Positions 42,557 to 53,199 of a DNA stretch of 64,000 nt are shown here, in pieces; position 1 is the first letter of the stretch, and each line of letters begins with the position of its first letter. Made by a program: the position numbers and the translations under genes. Below the pieces are notes generated by a model, which did no database searches, was not told the origin of the DNA, and was given only the letters and a program-made list of their open reading frames with translations. The stretch is taken from assembly GCA_965217865.1 (NCBI GenBank), contig CBDCJO010000002.1:3904001-3968000 (forward strand). Reading direction: 5' to 3'. The stretch is from Candidatus Latescibacterota bacterium (GTDB lineage: Bacteria > Latescibacterota > UBA2968 > SICM01).

Positions 42557-44740
42557 ATGGAGGTGGAGATTCTGAAGGCCATGTTTAAGAAACGCGAAGA
42601 CAAATCCCCAAGGACGCACTTTGGGGAGGCGGGCAAGGCCTGGATCAAGATAGAAATCTCCGAGGACGCCCGAAGGGTATTCCTGAGGGAGCTCTGCTTC
42701 GGGGGAGACGCCTCGCTCGGTCTCAACCACATCGTGAAGGCCCTGGCGGACAATTTCCAAATTGTCGCGGGCATCGATGAAGCTGTGCTCGAACGGGTGG
42801 CCAGCCGGGCCCTTGCCGGTCCTTCAAAAAAATATTCCGGACGCGGCGAAGTCGTCATCGCTAGAGAGACACCCGCTGAGTCCGGTAGTGACGGAGAGAT
42901 CCACTATAGATTTCTAGATCTTGTCACAGGGCAGACCCTGCTTCCTTATCCGGGATTGAAGGCGGCCTTTGGACGAACTGATCTGAAGGTTGTCCTCCAG
43001 GATGATCTGCGGGTCCGGGCGGTCACACCCGGTGAGGAATTGGCCGTTATCGTCCCCCCCAGGCAGGCGAAGCCGGGTACGGACATTTACGGCAATATCA
43101 CGACGATGGTATCCGACCCAAAAAAGGCGTACCTGCGAGCCGGCCTTCACGTTAAGTTGGTGGAGGGGCGTTACACCTCCGAGATATACGGCTACGTCTG
43201 CGTGCTGGACGGTGAGATCTCTGTGATTCCCCCTGTCTGGGTCTCTCCGGACTGGATGGAGGCACATTTCATTCACTTCCCCCAGGTTGGGCCGCAACTC
43301 CTCCCCAAAGGAAACTGGTTGGGACAGATACTGAGGTTCAAACAGATCCCACATGAGATCCCAGGACGGGCGGTTAAAAATCTGTGGCGGCATCTCACGG
43401 ATAAACACGAAAAAAAGGGGAGCATCTTGCTAGTCCAAGGCACCAAACCGGTTCGGGGGGAAAATGCCCAACTGGTCGGCAGTCTCTTTTCGAAAACGGA
43501 TGGTGGTGGGAATCTGCAGGACGGGGGGGTGAATTTAAAGGCGTGGAAGGCCCTGGTGGGAGTTAAAAAAGGGGACCTTGTGGCAGAAGTCAAACCCCGT
43601 ACAAAGGGAAAACCCGGGATCAACCTGAAGGGAGAGCAGGTAGCAGCTTTGGACGGGCGGATGTCCAACTTCAAGGCGGGGAAAAACGTTGAAGTCGAAT
43701 TCGAAGGCGAAGATCCGAAGGCTTTTTACGCAAAGATCGACGGAAACAAATATATCGACGGATCGATTGTCGACGTCAACCCGGTTTATCAGATCGAAGG
43801 GGATATTGACGAAAATACGGGCAACATCGACGGGGTCAAAGATCTGGAGATAAGCGGTTCGGTGCGTTCGGGGTTCAGGATCAAGGCCTCAGGAAACATT
43901 ACGATCGCCGGTGTTGTAGAAGGGGGGGCGGTTGTGAGCGCGAAGGGGGATATTGTCGTTGGCGAGGGAATCATTGGTACGAAAACCAAAGTCGTCGCTA
44001 TGGGAAACGTGGAAACCAGAAGCGTTCACGAAAGTTCTATCGTTGCCCGCGGTGACATCGTCGTAAGTGATCATATTTCCAACGGCACAGTCCGATCCGG
44101 CGGAAAGATTATCGTTCAGTCCCGCAACAACAGGGGTGGGAGCATCGTGGGGGGAGAGGTTGTCGCTACTCAGGGGATAGAGGCCGAAAACGTGGGTTCT
44201 CCTGGAGAACACACCGTGATCGGGATTGGACCGGATCTCGAGACAAAAGGGCAGGTGAATAAAGTTCGGAAAGGGATTGCGTTTTGCGAAACGAATATCC
44301 TTCGCATCTTTCGCACGCTTGGCATCCAGAGCCTGGATCCAAAGGAAGTCCAGGTGTTCCTCGGCAAGACGCCGCCGTGGCGAAAAAAACCGATCGTCAC
44401 CCTCCTGATGAAGTTGAAGGAGCTGGTCGCGTACAAGGAAAAGTTGCTCAAGAGTCAGGAGAACCTAAAAATTAAGATCGATCTCGCCCTCAAGGAAACA
44501 GAAATCAAAATCAACGAGATCGCCTACAAAGATGTAGAGATCCGTATCGGGGAGATAACCCGCGCAATCACACAGGATCTGGAGCGGCCGGTGTTCTTCC
44601 TGACAGACGACATCGAATGGCGATTGCAAGACAGAGATCAGGGGTCAGAGGTCGGAGATCTGGGGCCGGGAGAAGATAGACCGGAGTTAGGCGTCGGAGG
44701 TCAGGGATCAGAGGAAATTGAAGATTTAAGATTGAGTTAA
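42557..44740 (+). CDS. FapA (DUF342) family protein
   Basis: PGTDIYG, GDIDENTGNID and GSIVGG beta-helix motifs; start uncertain (42557 or 42581). Confidence 0.8.
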   Translation: MEVEILKAMFKKREDKSPRTHFGEAGKAWIKIEISEDARRVFLRELCFGGDASLGLNHIVKALADNFQIVAGIDEAVLERVASRALAGPSKKYSGRGEVVIARETPAESGSDGEIHYRFLDLVTGQTLLPYPGLKAAFGRTDLKVVLQDDLRVRAVTPGEELAVIVPPRQAKPGTDIYGNITTMVSDPKKAYLRAGLHVKLVEGRYTSEIYGYVCVLDGEISVIPPVWVSPDWMEAHFIHFPQVGPQLLPKGNWLGQILRFKQIPHEIPGRAVKNLWRHLTDKHEKKGSILLVQGTKPVRGENAQLVGSLFSKTDGGGNLQDGGVNLKAWKALVGVKKGDLVAEVKPRTKGKPGINLKGEQVAALDGRMSNFKAGKNVEVEFEGEDPKAFYAKIDGNKYIDGSIVDVNPVYQIEGDIDENTGNIDGVKDLEISGSVRSGFRIKASGNITIAGVVEGGAVVSAKGDIVVGEGIIGTKTKVVAMGNVETRSVHESSIVARGDIVVSDHISNGTVRSGGKIIVQSRNNRGGSIVGGEVVATQGIEAENVGSPGEHTVIGIGPDLETKGQVNKVRKGIAFCETNILRIFRTLGIQSLDPKEVQVFLGKTPPWRKKPIVTLLMKLKELVAYKEKLLKSQENLKIKIDLALKETEIKINEIAYKDVEIRIGEITRAITQDLERPVFFLTDDIEWRLQDRDQGSEVGDLGPGEDRPELGVGGQGSEEIEDLRLS

Positions 44741-45034
44741 GGCCCTTCCGCCTATCCCCACCGGAATACAGAATACAGAATACAGAAGAAAACCTAAATT
44801 CAATTCAGTCGTCAAACGTGAGACGGCAAAAGGTAGTAGCAGGTGGCAGTCGCAGGAAAGGCAAAGCAGGATCAGAGGTCGGAGGTCAGGGGTAGGGGAA
44901 AGTCAAAACCGTTCCGGGCTACAGGCAAAGAAGAGGAATTGCCTTGTCTTAGGGGAGGCGTGTTGATAAATTTAGTGATGTGTCACTAACCGTGGGCCGA
45001 ACGTTGGTCTCGTGACTTTTGACGCCGGTTTTTT

Positions 45035-45111
45035 CGGGGTGTGGCGCAGTTCGGTAGCGCACCTGCTTTGGGAGCAGGGGGCCGCCGGTTCAAATCCGGC
45101 CACCCCGACCA
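45035..45111 (+). tRNA. tRNA-Pro(TGG)
   Basis: CGGGGTGTGGCGCAG...CCTGC-TTTGGGA-GCAGG...GGTTCAAATCC...CACCCCGACCA. Confidence 0.95.
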
Positions 45112-45228
45112 CTATAACATAAACGGGCAGAGCCAAATACAAGGAGAAAAAACCCTTGTGATTCTGCCCGTTTTTTTTATAAAATCTAACGGAGATACAC
45201 CAGGAGGAAGAAGGAAAGGCCAAGACTC

Positions 45229-46382
45229 ATGGACAGGACGACTCACGCTGCGGTAATGGTTCGACCGGGCAAGATCGAGATCCAGGAGTTCCCTTTTCCA
45301 GAGTTGGAAGAAGGGGCTGCGCTTCTCAAGGTTGAAATCTGCGGGATCTGTGGCACCGATAAGCACACGTGGCGGGGTGAAACCATCCAGTACGCCGGAA
45401 CCGAAGCGGAATCCGACACGCCGTTCCCAATCATTCCCGGCCACGAGGTGGTGGGTATCATCGCCGAGGTCAACGACCGGAAACGACCCCGCTTCGATTT
45501 CAACGGCGAGGCCCTGAAGGCAGGAGATCGCGTTGCCTTGTGTCCGGATGTGGTGTGCGGGGAATGTTACCACTGCCGGCATACTTTTGCTTTTCCCTGG
45601 TGCGATAACCTGCGCGGTTATGGAAATGCCTTTACCTCCGTGGAGCCGCCCCATCTTTTCGGGGGTTGGGCCGAAACTATGTACATTCTCCCCAGCGCCT
45701 TCCTGTATAAGGTCCCCGACGATCTGCCCCTGCGCGTAGCTGTCATGGTGGAATTGATGGCCGTCAGCTATAACCTGGATAAAACCAAAGAATTCTTCAC
45801 CCTCTCAGGTGAGGGGTTTGCGACCGGGGATCTGGTTGTGATTCAGGGAGCCGGACCGATGGGCATCTGCCATATCATCAAGGCGCGGGTAATGGGTGCC
45901 GGCGAGATTGTGGCGACGGATCAGTCGGACTATCGTCTGGCACTTGCCAGGGAGTTTGGTGCCGACCACACCCTCAATGTCAACCGGACAACCGAGGAAG
46001 AGCGGATCGAGTTCGTCCGTTCACATACGCAAGGGCGGGGTGCGGACATTGTGGTGGATTGTGCGGGCGTGGCAAAGGTCGTCCCGGAGGGACTGGAGAT
46101 GCTGCGTAAAGGGGGCATCTACGTGGAAGCGGGAAATTTCGTCGAGACCGGGGAGGTAGCGCTCAGTCCCCACCGGCACTTTTGCGCGAAGAATGTCCGT
46201 CTGATCGGCATGACCAACCATCCCTTTACCGGCTATACGCCAGCATGAAGCTGATGCAGAGATACGCCGAACGTTTCCCGTTTCAGAAATTCGTGACACA
46301 CGAATATCCTCTCGTTGACACTGAGCAAGCGTTGCTGAGGTCGATGGAGACAGATTGTATGAAGGTGGTCGTCGTGCCCTGA
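45229..46382 (+). CDS. Zinc-dependent alcohol dehydrogenase (frameshift near 46242)
   Basis: CGICGTD, GHE, CGECYHC...C and GAGPMG; C-terminus (VTHEYPL...KVVVVP) in a shifted frame. Confidence 0.85.
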
Positions 46383-46555
46383 TTCATAAGCTTTCCCTTT
46401 GCCCGCAATAACCTTGGGCTAACCTGTAATCGAGGATTTAAGAAGCCCAACTTATTTGCGTTGACTCCCTCGATCGGAATATTATATTGATTTGCATTAT
46501 CATGAATGTGGAATGGCTACGCGTTAAGTAAAATATTTATGGTAAAGAGGAGGTG

Positions 46556-47180
46556 ATGTCGGTATCAGAAACTATAAAGTTTGGTATCTCGCTGTTTTCT
46601 TAACCACGGGAATCATCTTGTCCTCTCAGGTTTCTCGGGCGCGCGCGAAAGATCTCTTTCCCCAGTTCGAGACATTTAGTTTTACGGCGGCTAGCCCTAA
46701 AATAAGCGAATAGGCTTGTTGAGCGGTGTGTTATACAAGATTTCGGAGCATTTCAGACTTGTGACTTGGTGGAGATGATGTCTGGGCTGTTTTTGTGATT
46801 GTTTCGGCATGCGATTGTCTAATTAACTGAGTTTGCGGACGTGTTTTAGCCGGGGTGGACGGACTTGTCCCTGTGATGTTACGACGACAGGTGCTGACAT
46901 GGCAGTCTGAAATGCCCCTTTTTGATGGCCTCTTTTTGTCTTTCATACTACAACTATAGGCCTGAAAACTGGGGCATTTCAACTTTTTTCTACTAAAACC
47001 AAGAAAAATTCACGCTTGTATAGGGGCTAGCGAAGTGCGTACGGGAACGCGATTCGTGCCTTTCAGTTTTACGGCGGCTGACGAGACCCGTACTGGTGTA
47101 ATTGAAGAGAAGCCGAAGACGCAACGGGAGAAGGAGGACCCGGGTAGGAAAGGAAAATATAGAAGGCAGCGAAAGCGCTG
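46556..47180 (+). pseudogene. Small secreted protein interrupted by a MITE
   Basis: TTGACT/TATATT promoter, GAGGAGG RBS, signal-like segment; removing the insert restores FSFTAASEVRTG...FSFTAADETRTG; the ATG is out of frame by one base. Confidence 0.55.
46695..47026. mobile_element. 332-bp non-autonomous IS derivative inserted at CTAG
   Basis: CTAG at 46691 and 47027; imperfect IRs CCCTAAAATAAGCG / CGCTTGTATAGGGG; removal restores the reading frame. Confidence 0.65.
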
Positions 47181-47583
47181 AAGTTGCGATTACATTTCAA
47201 GATAAAAAGCAACTTTCGCGCTATAGTCGAGATGCCCAACGGGAGGTAATGAAAATGAGAAAGGTTAAGAAAATTCGTTTCACACATGTGGCCTTTGCGG
47301 TAACGTTTGCGATCGGGATAAGTGTTTTTTCGACACCGGCGGTCGCTCAAAATGATATCAGGGCTACCGTTCCGGTCCATCTCCGAAACGTTCATCCAGA
47401 TGTCGTAGAGTGCTATATGTCGGTTGCGGTGGGCCACTATGGACCAGGAGAAGGAGCTGAGTCTGAGTGGTATGCGAGGGCGGTTACTCAACTTGACTAC
47501 GACCCAAGCGGGAACGGTAGCTTTGACGGGGATGTGGTCGTAACAATCGATCTCAGGCAAGTCTATATCGGCAATGACCCTAG

Positions 47584-47775
47584 TGTCGTGTCCCAGAAGT
47601 TCCTTACAAAAGAAAGTCTCCAAAAACGTAGCGGTGGCTGTCATTTTGATCGAGAGCGAGCGAGCGAAGAACGCACCAACTGTCTGATAGTTCGGGACAT
47701 AGAGATCCTTCGCTCCGTTCAGGGTTTACAGACCGCTATCCGAGAAATTATTGAAGGAATTTCCGGGACACGACA
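47584..47775. mobile_element. 192-bp MITE, copy 1
   Basis: 22-bp IRs TGTCGTGTCCCAGAAGTTCCTT / AAGGAATTTCCGGGACACGACA, flanked by CTAG. Confidence 0.85.
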
Positions 47776-47779
47776 CTAG

Positions 47780-49305
47780 CAGCCCGTTGAAGAACTACCT
47801 TTCAACGCACATAAACGGAAAAGACGCCTGGAGTGCGGGTCGGATAAATCAAGGTAAGGAGATTGAGCAGGAGACGCTGATAAGAGGTTAAAAAGGTGAC
47901 CGAGGGCAGCAAACGTGATTGTAGGACGAGCAGTAGACGCTGCAAGGCCTTGGCCAGGTCCTGGAGGGCCTTCGGAGTACCTACGCCCATCACTTTGCGC
48001 ATGAGCAGAGCCAGGTTGCAGCCCCCGATGTGGATCAGCAAACGCTTGAGGATATTGCCGCGGTCTCTCAAGTGCAACCTGCGCATGCCACCGGTATCAT
48101 ATGTGTGAGCGATGGTTCTTTCCACCCGTTCTGCACGACTTCGGCGCAAGGCCTTGCCGCGATCTCCCTTGATCCGGCGTCGATTCGCATATACCGCGGC
48201 CTGCTCATCTCGTCGGCCGTTCCACTTGCGGCGTCCCCGATCCGGTTCTGAAATGTAACTCCGGATGCCGCCTTGCTTCAGACTGGTCAATACATCGTTG
48301 CTATGATATCCTTTGTCCGCAACCACCTCCCGTATACGCTGTCTGTGCAAACGTTTGGCAGCTTTTTCGTCCTTCGCGACCTGCTTGAGATTGAGCTGCG
48401 CCTCGAGCAGCGTCCAGGGCAACGACTCGGTATCTCCTTCATCTGCTCCCGACAACGCCACTGCCACAATGGCATTGGTGTCCAGATCCACCGCGTGCTC
48501 CACCTTGTGCGCCATGTGCGTGCGACCGTCCTTCATCTTAGCGATCTTGGCATCCGGGTCGTGCGGGTGCTCCCAGTCCTGGTTCGATCCCTTCTTCGGT
48601 CGCTTCTTATCGATCTTGGACAAGTCCTCGCGGGTAGGCGTTTCAATGCCCGAGGCCTTGGCCAGATTCTCAAGGAATGCCTGGTAGCCTTCACCCGTGT
48701 CACGGCGTACAATGCTGCGCATCGCGGCGTTGGCCTCCAGTGTCGTAGCATCCACGCCCAACGTCTTCCCCTTCACCAGACCCGCTTTGCACAAGACCCT
48801 CAGGATCCACTTGAAAACCGCTTCGTGAACTTCCAAGGGAAGCCGATGCCGGATGCGAGACAGGCTGGAATGATCCGGGGTCTGTTCGTCAAGGGCATAC
48901 CCCAAAAACCGGCGCAACGTCAGCGAGTCAGATACACGCCATTCGATCCCACGTTCCGAATCAAGTCCCTCGAAATACCCAATCAAAAGCATCCGAAAAT
49001 AAACCCCGGGCGGAATGCCCTTGCGACCCATATGAGGAGCGTAATACCGCTGGCAAAGCCCCTCGACGAACTCGTCGAAGCCGTTCGCCCCCAATACCTG
49101 ATTCAGCTTCTCGTAGAACGGATGACCCGGAGATTTCACCAAAGTGTTCGATGCGATGAACAGGTTTTCCTGTCTCTGTCGTCCTCGTTTTCCCATTGCC
49201 ATTTGCTTGTCCTCCCTTCTCAGTTTGAACCTGATATATCATAGGACCAAACCACAAGGAAAGACAACAGTCATCTTGGCATAAACGCACTTTTTCAACA
49301 GGCTG
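47780..49305 (-). mobile_element. IS1182-like insertion sequence, copy 1
   Basis: IRs CAGCCCGTTGAAGAA / TTTTTCAACAGGCTG; CTAG on both sides; 1526 bp. Confidence 0.9.
47802..49202 (-). CDS. DDE transposase (DUF772 N-terminus, IS1182-like)
   Basis: TPDHSSLSR, VDATTLEANA, ADKGY and RVERTIA. Confidence 0.92.
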   Translation of the reverse strand: MAMGKRGRQRQENLFIASNTLVKSPGHPFYEKLNQVLGANGFDEFVEGLCQRYYAPHMGRKGIPPGVYFRMLLIGYFEGLDSERGIEWRVSDSLTLRRFLGYALDEQTPDHSSLSRIRHRLPLEVHEAVFKWILRVLCKAGLVKGKTLGVDATTLEANAAMRSIVRRDTGEGYQAFLENLAKASGIETPTREDLSKIDKKRPKKGSNQDWEHPHDPDAKIAKMKDGRTHMAHKVEHAVDLDTNAIVAVALSGADEGDTESLPWTLLEAQLNLKQVAKDEKAAKRLHRQRIREVVADKGYHSNDVLTSLKQGGIRSYISEPDRGRRKWNGRRDEQAAVYANRRRIKGDRGKALRRSRAERVERTIAHTYDTGGMRRLHLRDRGNILKRLLIHIGGCNLALLMRKVMGVGTPKALQDLAKALQRLLLVLQSRLLPSVTFLTSYQRLLLNLLTLIYPTRTPGVFSVYVR

Positions 49306-49529
49306 CTAGGGGTGAACAGCCTAGTGGTAGGAATAGTGACTACGCTTACGAAGACCTAAAGGCAGAGAATTTCGACCATTACTACGTGCGATTTTCGGTA
49401 GTTCATTCCAACGGGGAAGGAAGAAATATGAACGATTCACCAAACACTCCAGCGTGGGCAAAATGTGAAGAACGTATGGAGCGCATCCAAGAAATTGTAA
49501 AAGATCCGTCGGGGGGAACGAAGCTTTAC

Positions 49530-49765
49530 CGGTGATAATCAGGTGTGTTCCCACGCTGGTTAGGTTGCAAGCCATCCAAATTGCTCAAGGGTGTTGTTGT
49601 CGTGGAGTTGCGCGCCGATGGTAGAGGAGACCTTCCAGGTCCCCTACATTCGGCAGCAGCTCATTGAATAGGATCAACACGTCCTCCCCAACACGGGTGA
49701 GGCTGTTCAACCCCTCCAAATTTGTCAGCGCCGCATTGCGCTCGATCTGTAGTCCCTGCTCAGAT
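49530..49765 (-). pseudogene. Degraded receptor-L/LRR repeat fragment
   Basis: IERNAALTNLEGLNSLTRVG and NLTSVGTHLII repeats in different frames. Confidence 0.45.
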
Positions 49766-49766
49766 T

Positions 49767-51410
49767 CTATCTCCATTCGTCGACTGAGACTGTCTTCTGG
49801 TAGTCGCATCCCATGATCCGCCAGTATCCGTTCGTCTCTCCGCCGACTACGACGACGTGAATGTCGTTATGGCGATACATTGGTATCAACTCATCGTCCT
49901 TTGCTTGAAGCTTGGTTGCATAGGGTTCCACCCCCTTCAAGGCTTGCGGATAGATGTAGTTCTGGGTAAGCTGATAGTCCCAGTAGACCCCGGCGGGCAT
50001 TGTGGCATTGTCGTGGATCCAGTCGATCAGTTTCTCCTTCGTATCGAATCCGGCCCGGTCTATAAATTGTCTCGCCGTAATGGGGTCCAGTATCAGGGTC
50101 GGCGGATTGAGGGGATTCATACCGCGGAGCATGTTCTTCACGTGCTCACGCCAATGCTTCTCCCGCAGTCCAAGACTGAATGAGGTCGATCGGCAGCCGG
50201 AAAATACGCTGACTGCGCTGTCCTCAGGTTTAAATCCGTGCTGCACGTGGAACGGCTCCCACGGACTCCCCTCCTCATTCTCTGCAAAGGTGACGCTGTT
50301 GTATGCATAGTTGTTGCCCTGCGAACCCATGTAGGTTTTTCCGGCGACGGACCCACCCTGAAGGTTCTGGGACAGCAGGCTATAGGCCCTACCCACCGTC
50401 GCGTTTGCGTGATTATACGGACCCATCGCACCGGTTCCCCAGTTCATCCCGATCTCGCGGCGGACCGGTCCGTTCACGACCGCCATGGCGGCGCTTGAGC
50501 TCGTCGTGCTGTGCCGCGCGGACGCCTCGGTCGAGGCCACGGCAAGGATAAGGGGGAAATAATCGGGTCGTGCCCCTGCCATCACGGCATTGACGGCGAC
50601 CTTCTCAACGGTGTACTCCCAGGCCTCCCTCACCAACGTCGGTCTCATTTGCCCGACCACCTCATCCGGGCGACGGCTGGTCCCGGCCAACATCGTCTCA
50701 ACCTTCTCCGGGGTGGGAAGGACGATCGGCAACCTGTCTGTCCACTCATTCTGGAGGAAGAGGCGATGGAGGTTCTCTTCGGTATCCGGTTCGACAAACC
50801 TCGGGGTGGACCGCTCGAACCCGACCTGTTTTTTATCCTCTTCACTTAACGGCCGGGTGAGTGCGTCTATAACTTCTTCCATGACAGGCCGACCCGTAAT
50901 CGGGTCTTTTCCATCCACGTAGGCTCTCAATTCCGCCGGGGACTTGCCCATGACGGGTTGGGGGACGAACACAAAACGCTGGCGGGGCATTCCTTTTGCG
51001 TAAGCGACCTGGTCGACCACGTCCTTGAAGGATTCGGTCTGAATAGATGCCGTCGGGACCCCATACTCGCTTTCAAGAGTGATGCACTGCTCGGCGACCG
51101 CCGGCGCACACGTGCTTCAGTGGCCAACGGCGACGATTGCCGCATCTCCCCTTTCCCGGATCTCTTCGTAGAGTTCCGGGTCGCGTTCGGTGTATACGCC
51201 GGACTTACGCCTTACTTCCGTGTTCACCTGAGACATCTGTTCGGCGAACCAGGCCTGCATCTGCTGGATCAGGATGTCGCCGTCATCGAAGCGGCAGTCG
51301 ACCAGGTAGACGGTTTTGCCATCCAGGACTTCCGGACGTTCCGCCATCCCCAGCTGCTTTATCACAGGGGGATAGCCCATCGGGTTCATCACCCGGATTT
51401 TCTCGCTCAT
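49767..51410 (-). CDS. UGSC-like thioredoxin-fold selenoprotein, 547 aa with Sec at TGA 51117-51119
   Basis: ORFs 51117..51410 and 49767..51020 are in frame; read-through gives VGH-U-STCAPAVA with no other stop; SECIS-like hairpin follows the TGA. Confidence 0.85.
51084..51116 (-). promoter_or_regulatory. Bacterial SECIS-like hairpin
   Basis: TGA-AGCACGTGTGCGC-CGGC-GGTC-GCCG-AGCAGTGC; GGUC apical loop 17 nt after UGA. Confidence 0.7.
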
Positions 51411-51427
51411 ATACTTCTCCCCTTATG

Positions 51428-52123
51428 TCACCGTCCGTTCGCATCTATCCACAGAACGCGAATAACCAGTCGGTTATCGTGGTAGTGTGGGCGCTCTGAA
51501 CGGCCTGCAATCGAAAATCCCCAGGATTCAACAATCTCCTCCACAGAATGTTCCGTGGTTTCCTCGTTGTGTGTCCCGATGATCAGGCGGCCTTCGATGT
51601 CGACGACATCGCACAGCAGACGTTCAAGCATGTCCCGCCCCCGCCGTTCCGGGACATATTCGAGTCCGGTTCGTACGAAATCAAAGCGTTTCGGCGGATT
51701 CCAGTAAAGCACGTTGCCGACGTAAATCCGGTCCATCCACTTGGGCAGACGGCGGCGTGCGAGGTCGGCCAGCTCAGGGGCGATGTCGAGACCATACGGT
51801 TCGATTTCCATCCCTGCTTCCCAAGCCCATCTCTGAATACTCTCCATCAGATATCCACTGGCGCATCCGACATCCAGGAATGTCCCGTTTCCATCGACGG
51901 CGTCGAGTATCAGGCTGCGGGCATGGGTCCAATGGACGTCATCGCCGCTGTGTCCCGACTGGGCACGCGGATTTTCGCCGGCCAGATAGGCCGGCGTGAT
52001 GACGGCGGCTCCTTTCCGGTACCATTCTGCTTCGCCAATTTCGCCCCTTTCCAAGGCGGCATTATGATCCTCGAGGAGTTTATAGGCCCGGTTCTTGGCT
52101 TCTTTGATCGGTTTCTGAGGCAT
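51428..52123 (-). CDS. Class I SAM-dependent methyltransferase
   Basis: FLDVGCASG motif I and YGLDIA. Confidence 0.82.
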   Translation of the reverse strand: MPQKPIKEAKNRAYKLLEDHNAALERGEIGEAEWYRKGAAVITPAYLAGENPRAQSGHSGDDVHWTHARSLILDAVDGNGTFLDVGCASGYLMESIQRWAWEAGMEIEPYGLDIAPELADLARRRLPKWMDRIYVGNVLYWNPPKRFDFVRTGLEYVPERRGRDMLERLLCDVVDIEGRLIIGTHNEETTEHSVEEIVESWGFSIAGRSERPHYHDNRLVIRVLWIDANGR

Positions 52124-52471
52124 TTTTTTATTGCCGCGGTTCAAAGCCGTACCCATACAGTCAACATTCGAAGAACATCATCCTCCACCCGGACAGGCGC
52201 ATCCCACCTTTCATAACAAGAAGCATATCGAAGGTGTTCTGGGTGCGGAATACGCGGGGTGGAGGAGAAGGGATAATGCCTTACCGGATATGACAAAAAA
52301 ACAATTGACTTTTTAAGAGAATAGGATATATTATCCCGCGAATGGAAGAATGTTGTTTCTGTTTCCTGTGCGATCGATCTAAGAAAGGCGACTTGGCAAG
52401 GATCAGAAGTTCCGATTCTTGCCTTTTTCTTTTGTCCAGAAATTTCAAAAACAGAAAGGTGGTGAAGACAG

Positions 52472-52672
52472 TTGCCAGAAGGCAGAGTGAAGTGGTTTAA
52501 CGATAGCAAAGGCTACGGCTTTATCGAGCAGGACGGTGGGGAAGATGTGTTTGTCCATTTTTCCGCGATCCAGGGCGACGGATTTAAGTCGTTGGTCGAG
52601 GGTGACAGTGTCGAATTCGAAATCGCTCAAGGCCCCAAGGGGCTCCAGGCCGCCAATGTGGTAAAGCGATAA
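52472..52672 (+). CDS. Cold-shock protein (CspA family)
   Basis: [13 protein letters not shown] and DVFVHFSAI; long leader after TTGACT/TATATT promoter. Confidence 0.95.
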   Translation: MPEGRVKWFNDSKGYGFIEQDGGEDVFVHFSAIQGDGFKSLVEGDSVEFEIAQGPKGLQAANVVKR

Positions 52673-52697
52673 ATTACGCCATCATTAAGCTATTTGT

Positions 52698-52734
52698 AAG
52701 GGTGTCATCTTTTCTCAGATGGCACCCTTTTTTG
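52698..52734 (+). terminator. Rho-independent terminator
   Basis: AAGGGTGTCATCT-loop-AGATGGCACCCTT then T-run. Confidence 0.8.
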
Positions 52735-52764
52735 TGTTTTTAAGTTTACGGTCCGATGGTCCTG

Positions 52765-53199
52765 TCATTCACGCTTCTGCATTTTCTCCAATTCCCTTTT
52801 GGTCCTGGCATGGGCTTTGAACATTTCGGACCGGACTGCCGGCATGATATCTTCCGTGTAGTCTCCGAAGTTTTCCATCGCCGAATGGCCCACGGACGAC
52901 TCGTGAAAATCGGCCAGGGCTCTCAACTCTTCGGCCGTGAAATGCTTGAGCAGCCCGGCGACCATCACCTTTTCCAATGCATTGCTGTTGAAATGTTTGG
53001 TCATCAGATCTTTGAAAATCGCCCGCTGGTCCGGAGGTAGTTTTACCGCCATCTTTTCAAGCATCTTTTCAAGCATCTTTTTTGGCGACACCGTCTTCAG
53101 GTAACGGCCAGCCTGTTGAGACCTGTTCTCCGCCGTGTCATCCAGTGCGCACGCCGTCAACAAGGCAAAGATAAGCGGGGTAAAGAGGAATTTCTTCAT
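52765..53199 (-). CDS. DUF2059-like lipoprotein
   Basis: Lipobox LTAC; HFTAEELRALADFHESSVG. Confidence 0.72.
   Translation of the reverse strand: MKKFLFTPLIFALLTACALDDTAENRSQQAGRYLKTVSPKKMLEKMLEKMAVKLPPDQRAIFKDLMTKHFNSNALEKVMVAGLLKHFTAEELRALADFHESSVGHSAMENFGDYTEDIMPAVRSEMFKAHARTKRELEKMQKRE

Larger units (their letters stand above)
47249..49535 (+). pseudogene. Secreted hypothetical protein interrupted by MITE + IS
   Basis: RBS GGGAGG, signal peptide (AVA-Q); removing the insert gives ...IGNDP-RGEQPSG... open to TGA at 49533. Confidence 0.7.

Noticed and set aside
45035-45200. tRNA-Pro as an island attachment site
   Set aside because: No duplicated tRNA 3' end or integrase noticed in the window
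46246-46248. TGA as a second selenocysteine codon
   Set aside because: The homologous C-terminus continues in a different frame, so this is a frameshift
48273-49244. 323-aa ORF antisense to the transposase (also 54888..55859)
   Set aside because: Shadow of the transposase reading frame; no motifs
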